Shown one piece after another: positions 36,584 through 47,670 of a stretch of DNA of 64,000 nucleotides. Source of the DNA: Fumia sp. Lineage in GTDB: Bacteria; Bacillota; Clostridia; Oscillospirales; Ruminococcaceae. Location of the stretch: contig JAZLER010000016.1 in assembly GCA_045615345.1 (NCBI GenBank), positions 17,981 through 81,980 of the forward strand, in the 5' to 3' direction. The position numbers were made by a program, and so were the translations under genes. The first letter of the stretch is position 1. Each line of letters starts with the position of its first letter. The notes below the pieces were generated by a model. The model saw only the letters and a list, made by a program, of their open reading frames with translations. It was not told where the DNA came from and searched no databases.

Positions 36584-36997
36584 CTAAATCAAAATTCCAT
36601 CACAATGGTCTATTTCGTGCTGGATAATCTGTGCCGTAAAACCCGTAAAAGTTTTCACACGGGTTTTAAAATCAGGGGTTTGCCAGCTTACCTTTATAGT
36701 TTTATACCTCTTGCATTTCCGAGGACCACCAAGGAGCGAAAGGCAACATTCCTCGGTGTCATACGGGTCTGACTTTTTGATAATCTCAGGGTTAAACATA
36801 ACGGTATATTCCCCATCGTTGTCAAAAGCGATTATCCGTTTTAATACACCAATCATATTCGCAGCCATACCCACACAGGTATCCTTGTGCGCCATTAAAG
36901 TATTAAGCAAATCTTCAGCAACCAAGTAATCTTCTTTCGTTGCCGTTTCCGATTTTTTACCCAAAAACATCGGGTCGTGCATAAGTTCCTTAACCAT
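36584..36997 (-). CDS. def: Peptide deformylase (short type)
   Basis: GMAANMIG, EECCLS (cf. EGCLS), QHEIDH. Confidence 0.9.
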   Translation of the reverse strand: MVKELMHDPMFLGKKSETATKEDYLVAEDLLNTLMAHKDTCVGMAANMIGVLKRIIAFDNDGEYTVMFNPEIIKKSDPYDTEECCLSLLGGPRKCKRYKTIKVSWQTPDFKTRVKTFTGFTAQIIQHEIDHCDGILI

Positions 36998-38978
36998 TTT
37001 TTCGCAACACCTTTATTCCAAAACCTTCAAGTGAAATTTTGTCTTTGTAAATTTCGTCTGTTTCGACATCCTTAAATTCGCCTTTAAGGGAAACTTCCGC
37101 GGGGTTTTCAAGGTAGTTCTCAACAAAGATAAAATCTTCCCTTGTATGTAAAGTAACACCTTTTGGCAAATCATAAGAAGTAATATTATGCTCTTTTATG
37201 AGGCTTTCGTAAAAGTCATTTAAAAGTTCACCTGTGTCCCTGCAACCGATATAGTAGGCTTTACCATTTTTATAGTTATTTTTAAGTACTGCTGGAGTGC
37301 CTTTATAAAAATCTCTTCCGTAAACGCCAAGAGTTTGTGCCGTAGTGGGAGTGATAAGCTCACACAAATCAACCACTTCGTAAGCTTTGTTGTTCATCAC
37401 AACAGAGTTACGGTCAACATCGTAAAGTGCATCAATTTCATCGGCAGTAAGTCCGAAAACATCCTTTAATTCGTTGCCGGGGAAACCACCAAGATAACAC
37501 AAGTCACTACCGTTCACATAGCCAGTGGCGTAAGTTCCAACAACAGTGCCTCCGTTTGCAACATACTCTTCAACCTTTTTGATTTCTTCCTCGGTCATAA
37601 GATAAAGCATCGGCAAAACCAATACTTTGTATTTACTCAAGTCCTGATTAAGCCCGATAACATCGACATTCACACCGCGTTTCCAGAACTCTTTATAGTG
37701 GTTTATGCAGGTGCGTTTGTACTTCTTGTCGATGTTGCTCATACCGTTTGCAACATCAATAGCCCAGCGGTTTTTAAACTCATAAACCACTGCCACTTCG
37801 GACTCGGTTTTTGTACCGACAACACCTTTAAGCTTTTCGAGTGCGATACCGACATCGGTTACATCGCGAAATACCCTTGTGTCATCTCTGCCGTTATGGT
37901 CGACAACGGCACCGTGGAATTTTTCCTCGCCACCTCTGCCCTTGCGCCACTGGAAATAGAGCACACTGTCACTGCCGTGAGCGACCGCCTGCAAAGATGA
38001 AAGCTTGTGCATATTCGGGCGCTTAAGCTTGTTTATGGGAAGCCAGTTTGTGTTGCTCGGTGTACTTTCCATAAGGTAGAAAGGCTGCATCTTAAGACAC
38101 CTGTGCAAATCGTGTGCAAAGGCGATTGAGTAAGCTTCCAAATCGTTTCCTCTGTCACTGTGCCAGCTGGGGTAAGAGTCCCAGGAAATCACATCGACAA
38201 AGTCCTTCATATAGTGGTAATTAAGTCGCTGATACGGGCCCATAAAGTTTGCAGTGACAGGGACATCGGGAGTAACCGCCTTGACAGCAGAAATTTCCTC
38301 TTTCATAAACTTGGTTGTCTGGTAGGTTACAAACTCTTTCCAGTCAAGGAAAAGCCCCGGCATAACGCCGTCACCCTCGCCCAAATCAAAAGGCGAATGA
38401 ATCTGCTCAAAATCGGTAACAGTGTGACTCCAAAAGCCTGACCACCACGCGTGGTTAAGCTTACTTAAATCGTTATTATATTTCTTTCTCAAATAATCCC
38501 TGAAAGCTTTCTGACAAAGCTCACAATGGCATTCCCCGCCAAGCTCGTTTGAGATATGCCACATAATGATTTTGTCCTTATAACGCTCGGCTAAAAGGGT
38601 GTTTATCTTTTTAACCTTTTCCCTGTAGACAGGGGAAGTATAGCAATGGTTATGGCGCCTTTGATAATACATTCGCTGTCCGTTTTTCATAACCCTTAAA
38701 ACCTCGGGGTACTTCTCGGAAAGCCAGCGTGGTCTTGCACCACTGGGAGTTGCCAGAATAATATCGATACCATTCTCTCTTAAATCATCAATGATTTTAT
38801 CAAGGTATTCAAAGTTATATTTACCTTCCTCAGGTTCTAAAAACGCCCAGGAGAAAATGCCAAGTGTCATGGTATTGCAATGGGATTTTTTCATCATACG
38901 GATATCTTCTTTTAAAATTTCAGGGTAACTAAGCCACTGCTCGGGGTTATAGTCCCCACCATGAAGCATATTCTGCAT
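36990..38978 (-). CDS. GH42 beta-galactosidase
   Basis: HGGDYNPEQW, WHISNE, WDSYP, LMESTP, YFQWR...EKFHG. Confidence 0.95.
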   Translation of the reverse strand: MQNMLHGGDYNPEQWLSYPEILKEDIRMMKKSHCNTMTLGIFSWAFLEPEEGKYNFEYLDKIIDDLRENGIDIILATPSGARPRWLSEKYPEVLRVMKNGQRMYYQRRHNHCYTSPVYREKVKKINTLLAERYKDKIIMWHISNELGGECHCELCQKAFRDYLRKKYNNDLSKLNHAWWSGFWSHTVTDFEQIHSPFDLGEGDGVMPGLFLDWKEFVTYQTTKFMKEEISAVKAVTPDVPVTANFMGPYQRLNYHYMKDFVDVISWDSYPSWHSDRGNDLEAYSIAFAHDLHRCLKMQPFYLMESTPSNTNWLPINKLKRPNMHKLSSLQAVAHGSDSVLYFQWRKGRGGEEKFHGAVVDHNGRDDTRVFRDVTDVGIALEKLKGVVGTKTESEVAVVYEFKNRWAIDVANGMSNIDKKYKRTCINHYKEFWKRGVNVDVIGLNQDLSKYKVLVLPMLYLMTEEEIKKVEEYVANGGTVVGTYATGYVNGSDLCYLGGFPGNELKDVFGLTADEIDALYDVDRNSVVMNNKAYEVVDLCELITPTTAQTLGVYGRDFYKGTPAVLKNNYKNGKAYYIGCRDTGELLNDFYESLIKEHNITSYDLPKGVTLHTREDFIFVENYLENPAEVSLKGEFKDVETDEIYKDKISLEGFGIKVLRKNG

Positions 38979-38982
38979 ATTT

Positions 38983-39756
38983 TTATTCTCCTTTTATATA
39001 ATTTTTGGGCGATACACCCGTCAATTTCTTAAAAACATTTGAAAAATAGTAAACATTTTCAAATCCGCACATCACAGCCACCTCTGAAACAGTAAATTTA
39101 CTCGTCTGCAACAATTCCTTTGCACGATTGACCCTCAGTAAAGTTATGTATTTCACAGGCGGATAACCATATTTTGAAATAAAAAGCTTTTTAAAATACG
39201 AGTAAGATAGTCCCGAAAGCTTTAAAAGTTTATCGTAATCAAAATCCTTTTTGAAATAGTTTTCGGCTATGTATTCCTCCACTCCCGAAAGTCGGTTAGT
39301 TTTAGGACGGTACTCACTCTGGTTACGATAAACAAGCTCTAAAATACTGTAAAAATACTGCATCGACTTATAGTAGTACCCATCGCGTTTTCCAACCCAG
39401 GTTTTATGGATTTTCTCATAAAGATTTTTAAAGTTCTCATTATCGTGGGAAATTTTCACAGCCTCTTCGGGAAGGGGATAGTTACTGTAAAAATAGATAT
39501 TAAAAAGTGCAAAATCCTCTTTTACATCCACTGTATATTCATTGTTGTCAAGACCTTTTGGTAAAAAAAGCATATCCCCTGCCGTCATATGGATAACCTT
39601 TCCGTTAAAGCTGATTTTTGTATCTCCTTTTATGTAATACATCAGCTCATAAGTCGGCAGACAACCGGGGTATTTAAACTGTTTCTGGGATTTCGTTTCA
39701 TAGTAAACCACATTACTTATTACTGAAATACCGAGCTCTTCACCTAATAACAGCAT
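38983..39756 (-). CDS. AraC-family regulator
   Basis: YELMYYIKG cupin; SYFKKLF...RVNRAKELL...VSEVA..CGFENVYYFS; GGGGAAG SD before ATG 39756. Confidence 0.9.
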   Translation of the reverse strand: MLLLGEELGISVISNVVYYETKSQKQFKYPGCLPTYELMYYIKGDTKISFNGKVIHMTAGDMLFLPKGLDNNEYTVDVKEDFALFNIYFYSNYPLPEEAVKISHDNENFKNLYEKIHKTWVGKRDGYYYKSMQYFYSILELVYRNQSEYRPKTNRLSGVEEYIAENYFKKDFDYDKLLKLSGLSYSYFKKLFISKYGYPPVKYITLLRVNRAKELLQTSKFTVSEVAVMCGFENVYYFSNVFKKLTGVSPKNYIKGE

Positions 39757-39898
39757 AAATCTTCCCCCTTTTTTTAGCATTGTAACACAATACAAAAAAT
39801 TATTCAATATAAAAAGCTGAAAATTATAAAAAAAGTCATTTTGTTTATTTACAATCAAAAGCCCTGTTGCTAAAATGTAGAAAAAGGAGGTTTATTTT

Positions 39899-41737
39899 AT
39901 GAATTTTATGTTAGGTTGTAATTACTGGGCATCAAACGCCGGTATAGAAATGTGGAGCAATTTTGATATAAACGCTATAAAAAAGGATATTAAGCTCCTC
40001 GCTGAGCATGGTGCCACAATGCTGAGAGTTTTTCCCTTGTGGTCGGATTTTCAACCTGTTCACCATGTCTGGACTGCCGATACCAAAACCTATCTTTTTT
40101 CTACTAAGAAAGGTAACCCCGAAGATAACCCTTACTACCTTGACGAAGCTATGCTCCAAAGATTTTCCCTCTTCTTAGATGAATGTGACAAATATGGTAT
40201 AAAGGTAATCGTAGGTCTTATCACAGGATTTATGAGCGGAGGACTTTATGTTCCTCCTGCTTTGTACGGAAAAAGCATCATAACCGACAGTATGGCGCTT
40301 TATTTAGAACAACTCTTTATAAAAGGCTTTGTCGGACATTTTAAGGACAGAAACACAATATACGGTTGGGACTTAGGCAATGAGTGCAACTGTATGCCGA
40401 GTTCGGAAAACAGAATGGACGCTGTAAACTGGTCTTTCACCATCTCAAACGCAATCCGTGCCGCCGACCCCACAAGACCCGTGATTTCGGGTATGCATGG
40501 CATAAGACTTCAGGATAAATGGACCATTCAAGATCAGGCAGAATGCACCGATATCCTCACTACACACCCTTATGCTTTGTGGTGCGGTCACACCGAAAAT
40601 GACGAAATGCTTTCTTTCAGAACCACTATGCACCCGACAGCTCAGGCAAAATTCTTCTCCGAAATCGGAAAAAAACCTTGCCTTACAGAAGAATTCGGCT
40701 CACTCGGACCTATGATGTGCAGTGACGAAGCTGCTGCCGATCTTTTTAGAATCAATGCGCTCTCCCTCTGGGCTAACGGCTCACCCGGACTTTTGTGGTG
40801 GTGTGCTTCCGACCAGACCGAGCTTACTACTTTCCCTTACACACACATCGCACTCGAGCAGGAGCTTGGAATGATTGATGTAAATCACAACCCCAAACCC
40901 GTACTTTGCGAGATGAAAAAATTCTCCGAAAACATCGATTTTGATTTGCCGAAAGCAAAAACTCAGGCAGTCTGCATCCTCACAAGGGACCAGGACCAGT
41001 GGGGTGTCGGATATATGGCACACATCCTCTCCCGTCAGGCAGGATTTAATATCGAGTTTGCTTACGGTGACAACGAAATCCCTGATTCAAAGCTTTACCT
41101 TATGCCCTCTGTCAGTGGGTACAATGTTATCCCGAAAGTAAGATACAACGAATTAAAACAGAAAGTTTATGACGGTGCTGACCTTTATATCTCAATGGAT
41201 TCAGGGATTTTCATTGATTTTGAAAAGCTTACAGGCCTCCGTGTCAAAAATTCCTTTGAATATCCCGAAACTGTTTCTGCTACTTTCAGCGACACCCTTA
41301 CTTTCAATAAAACAAAAACTTTTATTATGGAACCCACTACTGCCGAAGTTTTATGTTATGATAACAATAACAACCCTCTTATTTCGGTAAACCGTTACGG
41401 AAAAGGCCGTGTATTTTTTGTGAATGCTCCCGTTGAAAAAACAATTATGAATATGCATAATGCCTTTGACAAAAAATATCACGAAATTTACGATATCGTC
41501 TTCAAAGATTATGTAAACAATATGCCCGTTTCGGTTAAAGGTGAAAATCTTATAAAAACTTTCCACCCCGAAGAAAACGGCGGCTACATAGTTATCATAA
41601 ACCACGACAACTACGAAAAGAATATCGAAATTGATTTCAATGAAGGCGTTTCCCTTAACAAAGTTTGCTACGGAAATACTGATAAAATCGCACCTTTTGA
41701 TGCAACTGTAATTAAAGTTGACAGCACTAAGAAATAA
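39899..41737 (+). CDS. Clan GH-A (GH5-like) glycoside hydrolase, possible beta-mannosidase/mannanase
   Basis: LRVFPLW, WDLGNE (acid/base), HPY, EEFG (nucleophile), WWC; GH42-like C-terminal domain. Confidence 0.75.
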   Translation: MNFMLGCNYWASNAGIEMWSNFDINAIKKDIKLLAEHGATMLRVFPLWSDFQPVHHVWTADTKTYLFSTKKGNPEDNPYYLDEAMLQRFSLFLDECDKYGIKVIVGLITGFMSGGLYVPPALYGKSIITDSMALYLEQLFIKGFVGHFKDRNTIYGWDLGNECNCMPSSENRMDAVNWSFTISNAIRAADPTRPVISGMHGIRLQDKWTIQDQAECTDILTTHPYALWCGHTENDEMLSFRTTMHPTAQAKFFSEIGKKPCLTEEFGSLGPMMCSDEAAADLFRINALSLWANGSPGLLWWCASDQTELTTFPYTHIALEQELGMIDVNHNPKPVLCEMKKFSENIDFDLPKAKTQAVCILTRDQDQWGVGYMAHILSRQAGFNIEFAYGDNEIPDSKLYLMPSVSGYNVIPKVRYNELKQKVYDGADLYISMDSGIFIDFEKLTGLRVKNSFEYPETVSATFSDTLTFNKTKTFIMEPTTAEVLCYDNNNNPLISVNRYGKGRVFFVNAPVEKTIMNMHNAFDKKYHEIYDIVFKDYVNNMPVSVKGENLIKTFHPEENGGYIVIINHDNYEKNIEIDFNEGVSLNKVCYGNTDKIAPFDATVIKVDSTKK

Positions 41738-41761
41738 TTATAAAATATAAATACATAATAA

Positions 41762-42322
<561 letters not shown>

Positions 42323-42346
42323 GCGGAACCGACAAAGGAGCGAATT

Positions 42347-43282
42347 ATGTTTGATGTAGTTGCTTTAGGTGAAATTCTTATTGATATGACCTATGCAGGC
42401 AAAAGTGAAAATGGTGCTACCCTTTTTGAGCAAAATCCCGGTGGTGCCCCTGCAAATGTTCTCACTGCCGTTCAACGCCTTGGTGGTAAAACCGCCATGA
42501 TAGGCAAAATCGGTGACGATATGCACGGTGAGTTTTTAAGGCAAACTGTTGAAAAAGGAGGTATTGATTCCAAAAACCTCATTACCGACAGTTCTGTTTT
42601 TACAACTTTAGCATTTGTAAACTTGGACGAAAACGGCAACCGCAGTTTTTCTTTCGCAAGAAAACCGGGTGCTGATACTTGTTTAAAGCCCGAAGAAGTG
42701 GATTTGTCTTTGCTTGAAAACACAAAGATTTTCCATTTCGGTTCCCTTTCTTTAACGGACGAGCCTGCAAAAAGTGCTACATTTTTTGCTCTTGAGAAAG
42801 CAAAGGAAATGGGAAAAATCATTTCCTATGACCCTAACTACCGTGCCCCGTTGTGGGAAAACAAAGAAAAAGCAGTTTTCGGTATGCGCTCTGTTTTGGA
42901 TTACATTGATATTATCAAAATTTCCGATGAGGAAACAGAACTTTTAACAGGTTTTAAAGAAGTTGAAAAAGCCTCAGAGGAGCTTTTAAACCGCGGAATA
43001 AAAATCGTCATTGTCACAATGGGTAAAGATGGCGCACACATAAGAACAAAAGATGGTTTTGTCACCTCAGCTGCCCTCCCCGTAAAGGCTGTTGACACAA
43101 CGGGTGCCGGCGACTCCTTTATGGGCGGATTTTTGTATCGTATTTCAGGCTCTGAAAAATCAATTGATGAGCTTTCCCTCACCGATATCAAAGACTTTGC
43201 AGATTTTGCAAACAAGGTATCAGGCTACTGTGTGCAAAGACGAGGTGCCATAAACGCCATGCCCCACTTAAACGAAATATAA
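42347..43282 (+). CDS. PfkB-family carbohydrate kinase (fructokinase-like)
   Basis: GE.LID, PGGAPAN, DPNYR, DTTGAGDSF. Confidence 0.9.
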   Translation: MFDVVALGEILIDMTYAGKSENGATLFEQNPGGAPANVLTAVQRLGGKTAMIGKIGDDMHGEFLRQTVEKGGIDSKNLITDSSVFTTLAFVNLDENGNRSFSFARKPGADTCLKPEEVDLSLLENTKIFHFGSLSLTDEPAKSATFFALEKAKEMGKIISYDPNYRAPLWENKEKAVFGMRSVLDYIDIIKISDEETELLTGFKEVEKASEELLNRGIKIVIVTMGKDGAHIRTKDGFVTSAALPVKAVDTTGAGDSFMGGFLYRISGSEKSIDELSLTDIKDFADFANKVSGYCVQRRGAINAMPHLNEI

Positions 43283-43306
43283 GACGGAGTTTTCTCCGTC
43301 TTTTTT
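43281..43306 (+). terminator. Intrinsic terminator
   Basis: aagacggag-tttt-ctccgtctt followed by T run. Confidence 0.8.
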
Positions 43307-43392
43307 CTTTGCAATTTTCGAAAAAGTTTCGTTAATTTGGTAGTTTACAATCAAAAAAAATTGAAGTATATTTAATAATGAGAGGTGATTTT

Positions 43393-44784
43393 ATGAATTT
43401 AATGGGTATTGATGTTGGAACAACCTCGATAAAGACGGCTGTTTTCAACGAAAAATTTGAAACCATTTACTCAAATAACATAGACTACACGCTTAACTCC
43501 CACGGCAATATTGTAGAATGCGAGCCCAATAAATACTGGAATCTCATAGAAGCAGAGCTTGAAAACCTCAAGGTTCCGGTTTCAGCCCTTGCTATCGACA
43601 CCCAGTGCGAAACACTGATTTTAACCGATGAACTTGGAAACCCTGTAAGGGATGCTATCGTATGGCTTGATAACCGTGCCGAAAAAGAAGCCAAAATCAT
43701 TGAAGAGCATTTCGGAAGAAAACGGGTTTACGAAGTAACAGGTCAACCTGAAATCACTGCCACCTGGCCTGCTTCAAAGCTTTTGTGGGTCAAAAATAAC
43801 GAGCCCGATATCTGGGCAAAAACCAAAAAAATATTCTTGCTTGAAGATTATATTCTCTATAAAATGACAGGCAAATTTGTCACCGAAAAAACTTTGCAGT
43901 CATCGAGCCTTTATTTTAATATAAGGAACGCTGCCTGGTGGGACGAAATGCTTGAGTTTATCGGAGTAAGCCGTAATATGCTCCCAGAACTTCTTGAAAG
44001 CGGAGTGTATGTCGGAGATTACAACGGCATTAAGGTTGTAACAGGCGCTATGGACCAGGTTAGCGGTGCCATCGGTGCGGGGGTTATCAGTGACGGGATT
44101 GTCAGCGAAATGACAGGTACCACAATGGTTATCTTCAGCAAGGTTGATAAAATCCCCGACTATGATGAAAACAGTATTGTACCCTGCCACTATAACTATG
44201 ACGGCAAATACTGTGTTCTCTCCTGGAGTCCTACTGCAGGAATGAGCCTTAAATGGTTTAAAAATATCCTTTGTGAGAACTTTTCCTTCAAGGATTTAGA
44301 TGTCCTTGCAAATGAAGTTCCTCCCGGGTGTGACGGACTAACCTTCCTTCCCTACCTTTGCGGTTCGACAATGCCGAAATACAACCCAAAAGCAAAAGGA
44401 AGCTTTACAGGTCTTACCACCGAGCACACGAGAGGACATTTTGCACGAAGCATTATGGAAGCTTTATCCTACACTTTAAAAAGCAACTTTGATTATCTTA
44501 ACCTTGATGTTTCCGAAATCAGGGCGATGGGCGGAGGCGCCAACAGCGACTTATGGTGCCAGATGAAGGCAGATATCACAGGCAAAACCCTTATGACACT
44601 CAAAAACAAAGAAACCGCTTGTCTTGGTGCAGCAATCCTTGCAGGTGTCGGAACAGGTGCTATTGAAAGTGTCGAAAAAGCATGTGAGCACATTGAAGCT
44701 GATAAAATTTTCAAGCCCCGTAATGTTGATTATAAAAAAGGCTATGAAAACTTTTTAAACGCAGATAAAATATTAAATGTATAG
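43393..44784 (+). CDS. FGGY-family carbohydrate kinase
   Basis: IDVGTTS, WLDNRA, GAMDQ, GGGANS. Confidence 0.95.
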   Translation: MNLMGIDVGTTSIKTAVFNEKFETIYSNNIDYTLNSHGNIVECEPNKYWNLIEAELENLKVPVSALAIDTQCETLILTDELGNPVRDAIVWLDNRAEKEAKIIEEHFGRKRVYEVTGQPEITATWPASKLLWVKNNEPDIWAKTKKIFLLEDYILYKMTGKFVTEKTLQSSSLYFNIRNAAWWDEMLEFIGVSRNMLPELLESGVYVGDYNGIKVVTGAMDQVSGAIGAGVISDGIVSEMTGTTMVIFSKVDKIPDYDENSIVPCHYNYDGKYCVLSWSPTAGMSLKWFKNILCENFSFKDLDVLANEVPPGCDGLTFLPYLCGSTMPKYNPKAKGSFTGLTTEHTRGHFARSIMEALSYTLKSNFDYLNLDVSEIRAMGGGANSDLWCQMKADITGKTLMTLKNKETACLGAAILAGVGTGAIESVEKACEHIEADKIFKPRNVDYKKGYENFLNADKILNV

Positions 44785-44796
44785 GAGAAGATATTT

Positions 44797-46146
44797 ATGA
44801 CAAAAGCAGCATTTGTAGGATTTGGTGAAGTCAATACACCAAAAGAACTCATTGTTAAAAAGTGTGCAGATGCACTCAAAGCCCTCGAAAACGAAGGTGT
44901 TGAGTGTGTAAGCGTTTTCCCCGTGACAGACGATTACGAGGAAAAAGATGTAAATATGGCAATTGAAGCCCTTAAAGGCAAGGAATTTGATTACCTTGTA
45001 GTTTGTATTGCAGGCTGGATTCCCACCCACGCAGTTGTAAAGGTTACAGAACATTTCCGCCACAAACCCATGGTACTCTGGGGACTTTGCGGTTGGATGG
45101 AAGACGGCAGAATTGTAACAACTGCTGACCAGGCAGGTACTACTGCAATAAGAAAAACTTTCTATGATTTAGGCTATAACTTCAAATATATCTATGATAT
45201 CATAGGACTTCCCACAAATTCCAGAAAGGTTGCACAGTTTGGAAAAGCTGCAGCTGCAGCCACAAAACTCCGCCACGCAAAAGCAGGTCATGCAGGTTAC
45301 CGTGATATGAACCTTTACGGCACTCAGGTTGATGGTCCTTCCTTAAAGCGAGTTGTAGGTCCTGAAATTGAAACTTTCGAAATGCTCGAAATCGAACAGA
45401 GATATCAGAAAATCACCGATGCTGAAAAACAGGAAGTTATCGATAAATGCATTTCCAAGTGGAAATTCTTAAAAGAAGCTAAACGCGAAGGTCTGGAAAA
45501 AGCGGCAGGATATTACCTTGCAATCAAGGCTATCTGTGACGAAAGAGGTTATGATGCAATTTCCTTAAAGGATGTTGACGGTATGAAGAAGCTTTTGGGC
45601 TTCCCCCCTGCTCCAATCTTTATGCTTCTTTCCGATGAAGCAAACCTTTGCACAGTTCCCGAAAATGACGGTCTTGGAAGCATTACACAGATGATGGTAA
45701 AATACGCAACAGGTCAGTGTGCAGCTTACCTTGAATTCTATGAATTCTTTGAACACAGCGTTATCGCAGGTGTTCCCGACTATGTTCCTGCAGAGATTGT
45801 TGACGGCGATGTTCAGGTTATGCCTGCGGCATTCGGTGAACTTTCCGAGGGTATTTTGAATGTAAGCCGTGTAAAGCCCGGTGAACTTACAATGTGCCGT
45901 CTTACAACAATTGACGGAAAATACTGTATGCATATGGTAAAAGGCAACGGCAAAACTCCTCCCAAGTGGGAAGAAGCAGGCTGGACTCAGCCTGCACCTC
46001 AGCTCCCCGGACTTGAAATCGTGCTTGACGATGTTCCCCACTTTGCAGAAAATGTTATGTGTCAGCACTATATTATTTCCTACGGCGACAACACAGGCGT
46101 AATGGAAGATTTGTGTAAGATTTTAGGTATTGAAATTATCAGATAA
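44797..46146 (+). CDS. L-fucose/L-arabinose-isomerase-like protein
   Basis: ENDG metal-site pattern, KPGELT..RL, C-terminal QHY..YGD. Confidence 0.65.
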   Translation: MTKAAFVGFGEVNTPKELIVKKCADALKALENEGVECVSVFPVTDDYEEKDVNMAIEALKGKEFDYLVVCIAGWIPTHAVVKVTEHFRHKPMVLWGLCGWMEDGRIVTTADQAGTTAIRKTFYDLGYNFKYIYDIIGLPTNSRKVAQFGKAAAAATKLRHAKAGHAGYRDMNLYGTQVDGPSLKRVVGPEIETFEMLEIEQRYQKITDAEKQEVIDKCISKWKFLKEAKREGLEKAAGYYLAIKAICDERGYDAISLKDVDGMKKLLGFPPAPIFMLLSDEANLCTVPENDGLGSITQMMVKYATGQCAAYLEFYEFFEHSVIAGVPDYVPAEIVDGDVQVMPAAFGELSEGILNVSRVKPGELTMCRLTTIDGKYCMHMVKGNGKTPPKWEEAGWTQPAPQLPGLEIVLDDVPHFAENVMCQHYIISYGDNTGVMEDLCKILGIEIIR

Positions 46147-46157
46147 GGAGTATTTTT

Positions 46158-47669
46158 ATGAGTAAATTATTAATCGGCTGGGCAGAAGAAAGTATAGTGC
46201 CCGAGAAAAAAGTTAACCTTTTCGGTCAGTTCTTTGAAAGAATTTCCGAGTATGTTGAATCCGAAATTACCGCTACCGCTATGGCTGTTGAGGTAAACGG
46301 CGACCAGGCTATAATGGTTTCTGTTGACCTTGTTTCCTTTACAAATGCCAATCTTGATTATGTAAGAGAAAAGGTAGCAGAGTTAAACTCTGAAATTGAT
46401 GTTTCAAAAATCTTTGTTGCCGCTACTCATACTCATACTTCCATCGGTGTGGCACCATGCCCCGATAACAAAAAAGATGTTGGTGGTTCAATAAATACAA
46501 CCAAAAATATTCTAAATGAATTCTTACCCGAGGACAAAAAATATACAGCTCTCGTCACTCCTGATGACTCTGTTCTCACTCCCGATGAAGCACGCGAATT
46601 TGTTGCAGAAAAAATCGTAAAAGCAGTAGTAAACGCATGGAATAACAGAAAAGAAGCACTCTACGCAAACGAATTCGGAAGAGCTGCAGTCGGTATGTGC
46701 CGCCGTGTCGTATATGACGATGGTACCGCTGCAATGTGGGGTGACACAAATACTGCAAACTTTACTGAACTTGAAGCAGGTAACGACTCAGGTGTTGAAC
46801 TTATCTACACCTTTGATAAAGATAAAAACCTTACAGGTATTGTAGCGAATATCGCCTGCCCTGCACAGATTTTGGAGCAGAGAAGCTTTATCTCCGCTGA
46901 CTTCTGGGGCAGAGCAAAAGCAATTATCCGTGAAAAGTTAGGCAAAGATGTTTATTTGCTCGCCCTCTGCGGTGCAGCAGGTGACCAGTGTCCCCGTGAC
47001 CTTATCCGTTGGGTTGAGCCTGAAACTCCTATTGACGACCCAAATGTTAAACGCCCCAACGTTATCGAACATAAGGCAGACCCTTCAATGTATGATATTT
47101 CAGGTTGTAACAGAGTCGGCAAACGCATTGCAAACGAAATTGTTTCTGTTTTTGAAGAAATCACAGAATATCACGACAGTGCTGTTTTCGAACATAAGGT
47201 TATGACTATGGACCTGCCTTTGAGAAAAGCCACTCCTACAGAATACGAAAACGCTGTAAGAGAGCTTAAATACTATATTGCTGATAACAAAGACAAGGAA
47301 AGATTTGACTTCGAGGACAACGCAAAGATGCATGTTCATTGTGGTACTATCTTAAGATATCGTAATCAGCAGACACAGGAAATCTATCCAATTGAAAGCC
47401 ATATTATCCGTTTTGGTGACGTTGCTTTCACCACAAACCCCTTTGAGCTTTTCCTTGATTTTGGTAACAGAATCAAAGCAAGAAGCTACGCTAAACAGAC
47501 CTTTATCGTTCAGCTTTGCTGTGGTGCAGGCGGATACCTCCCCACCGAAAAAGCTGAAAATCACGGTCATTACAGTGCTTACATCTCAAGCGGTAACGTT
47601 GGTCATATCGGTGGCGACATCTTTACAAGACAGACTATAAACGAGATAAACAAGATGTGGGAAAAATAA
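46158..47669 (+). CDS. Ceramidase-like hydrolase of unknown function (paralog-type of 7465-8790)
   Basis: ATHTHT, ISADF, GAAGD, PFELF, GYLPT. Confidence 0.65.
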   Translation: MSKLLIGWAEESIVPEKKVNLFGQFFERISEYVESEITATAMAVEVNGDQAIMVSVDLVSFTNANLDYVREKVAELNSEIDVSKIFVAATHTHTSIGVAPCPDNKKDVGGSINTTKNILNEFLPEDKKYTALVTPDDSVLTPDEAREFVAEKIVKAVVNAWNNRKEALYANEFGRAAVGMCRRVVYDDGTAAMWGDTNTANFTELEAGNDSGVELIYTFDKDKNLTGIVANIACPAQILEQRSFISADFWGRAKAIIREKLGKDVYLLALCGAAGDQCPRDLIRWVEPETPIDDPNVKRPNVIEHKADPSMYDISGCNRVGKRIANEIVSVFEEITEYHDSAVFEHKVMTMDLPLRKATPTEYENAVRELKYYIADNKDKERFDFEDNAKMHVHCGTILRYRNQQTQEIYPIESHIIRFGDVAFTTNPFELFLDFGNRIKARSYAKQTFIVQLCCGAGGYLPTEKAENHGHYSAYISSGNVGHIGGDIFTRQTINEINKMWEK

Positions 47670-47670
47670 A

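Noticed and set aside
36584-36997. EECCLS instead of EGCLS in the deformylase as a sign of novel function
   Set aside because: The metal-ligand Cys and HExxH are intact; a single substitution is not enough evidence.
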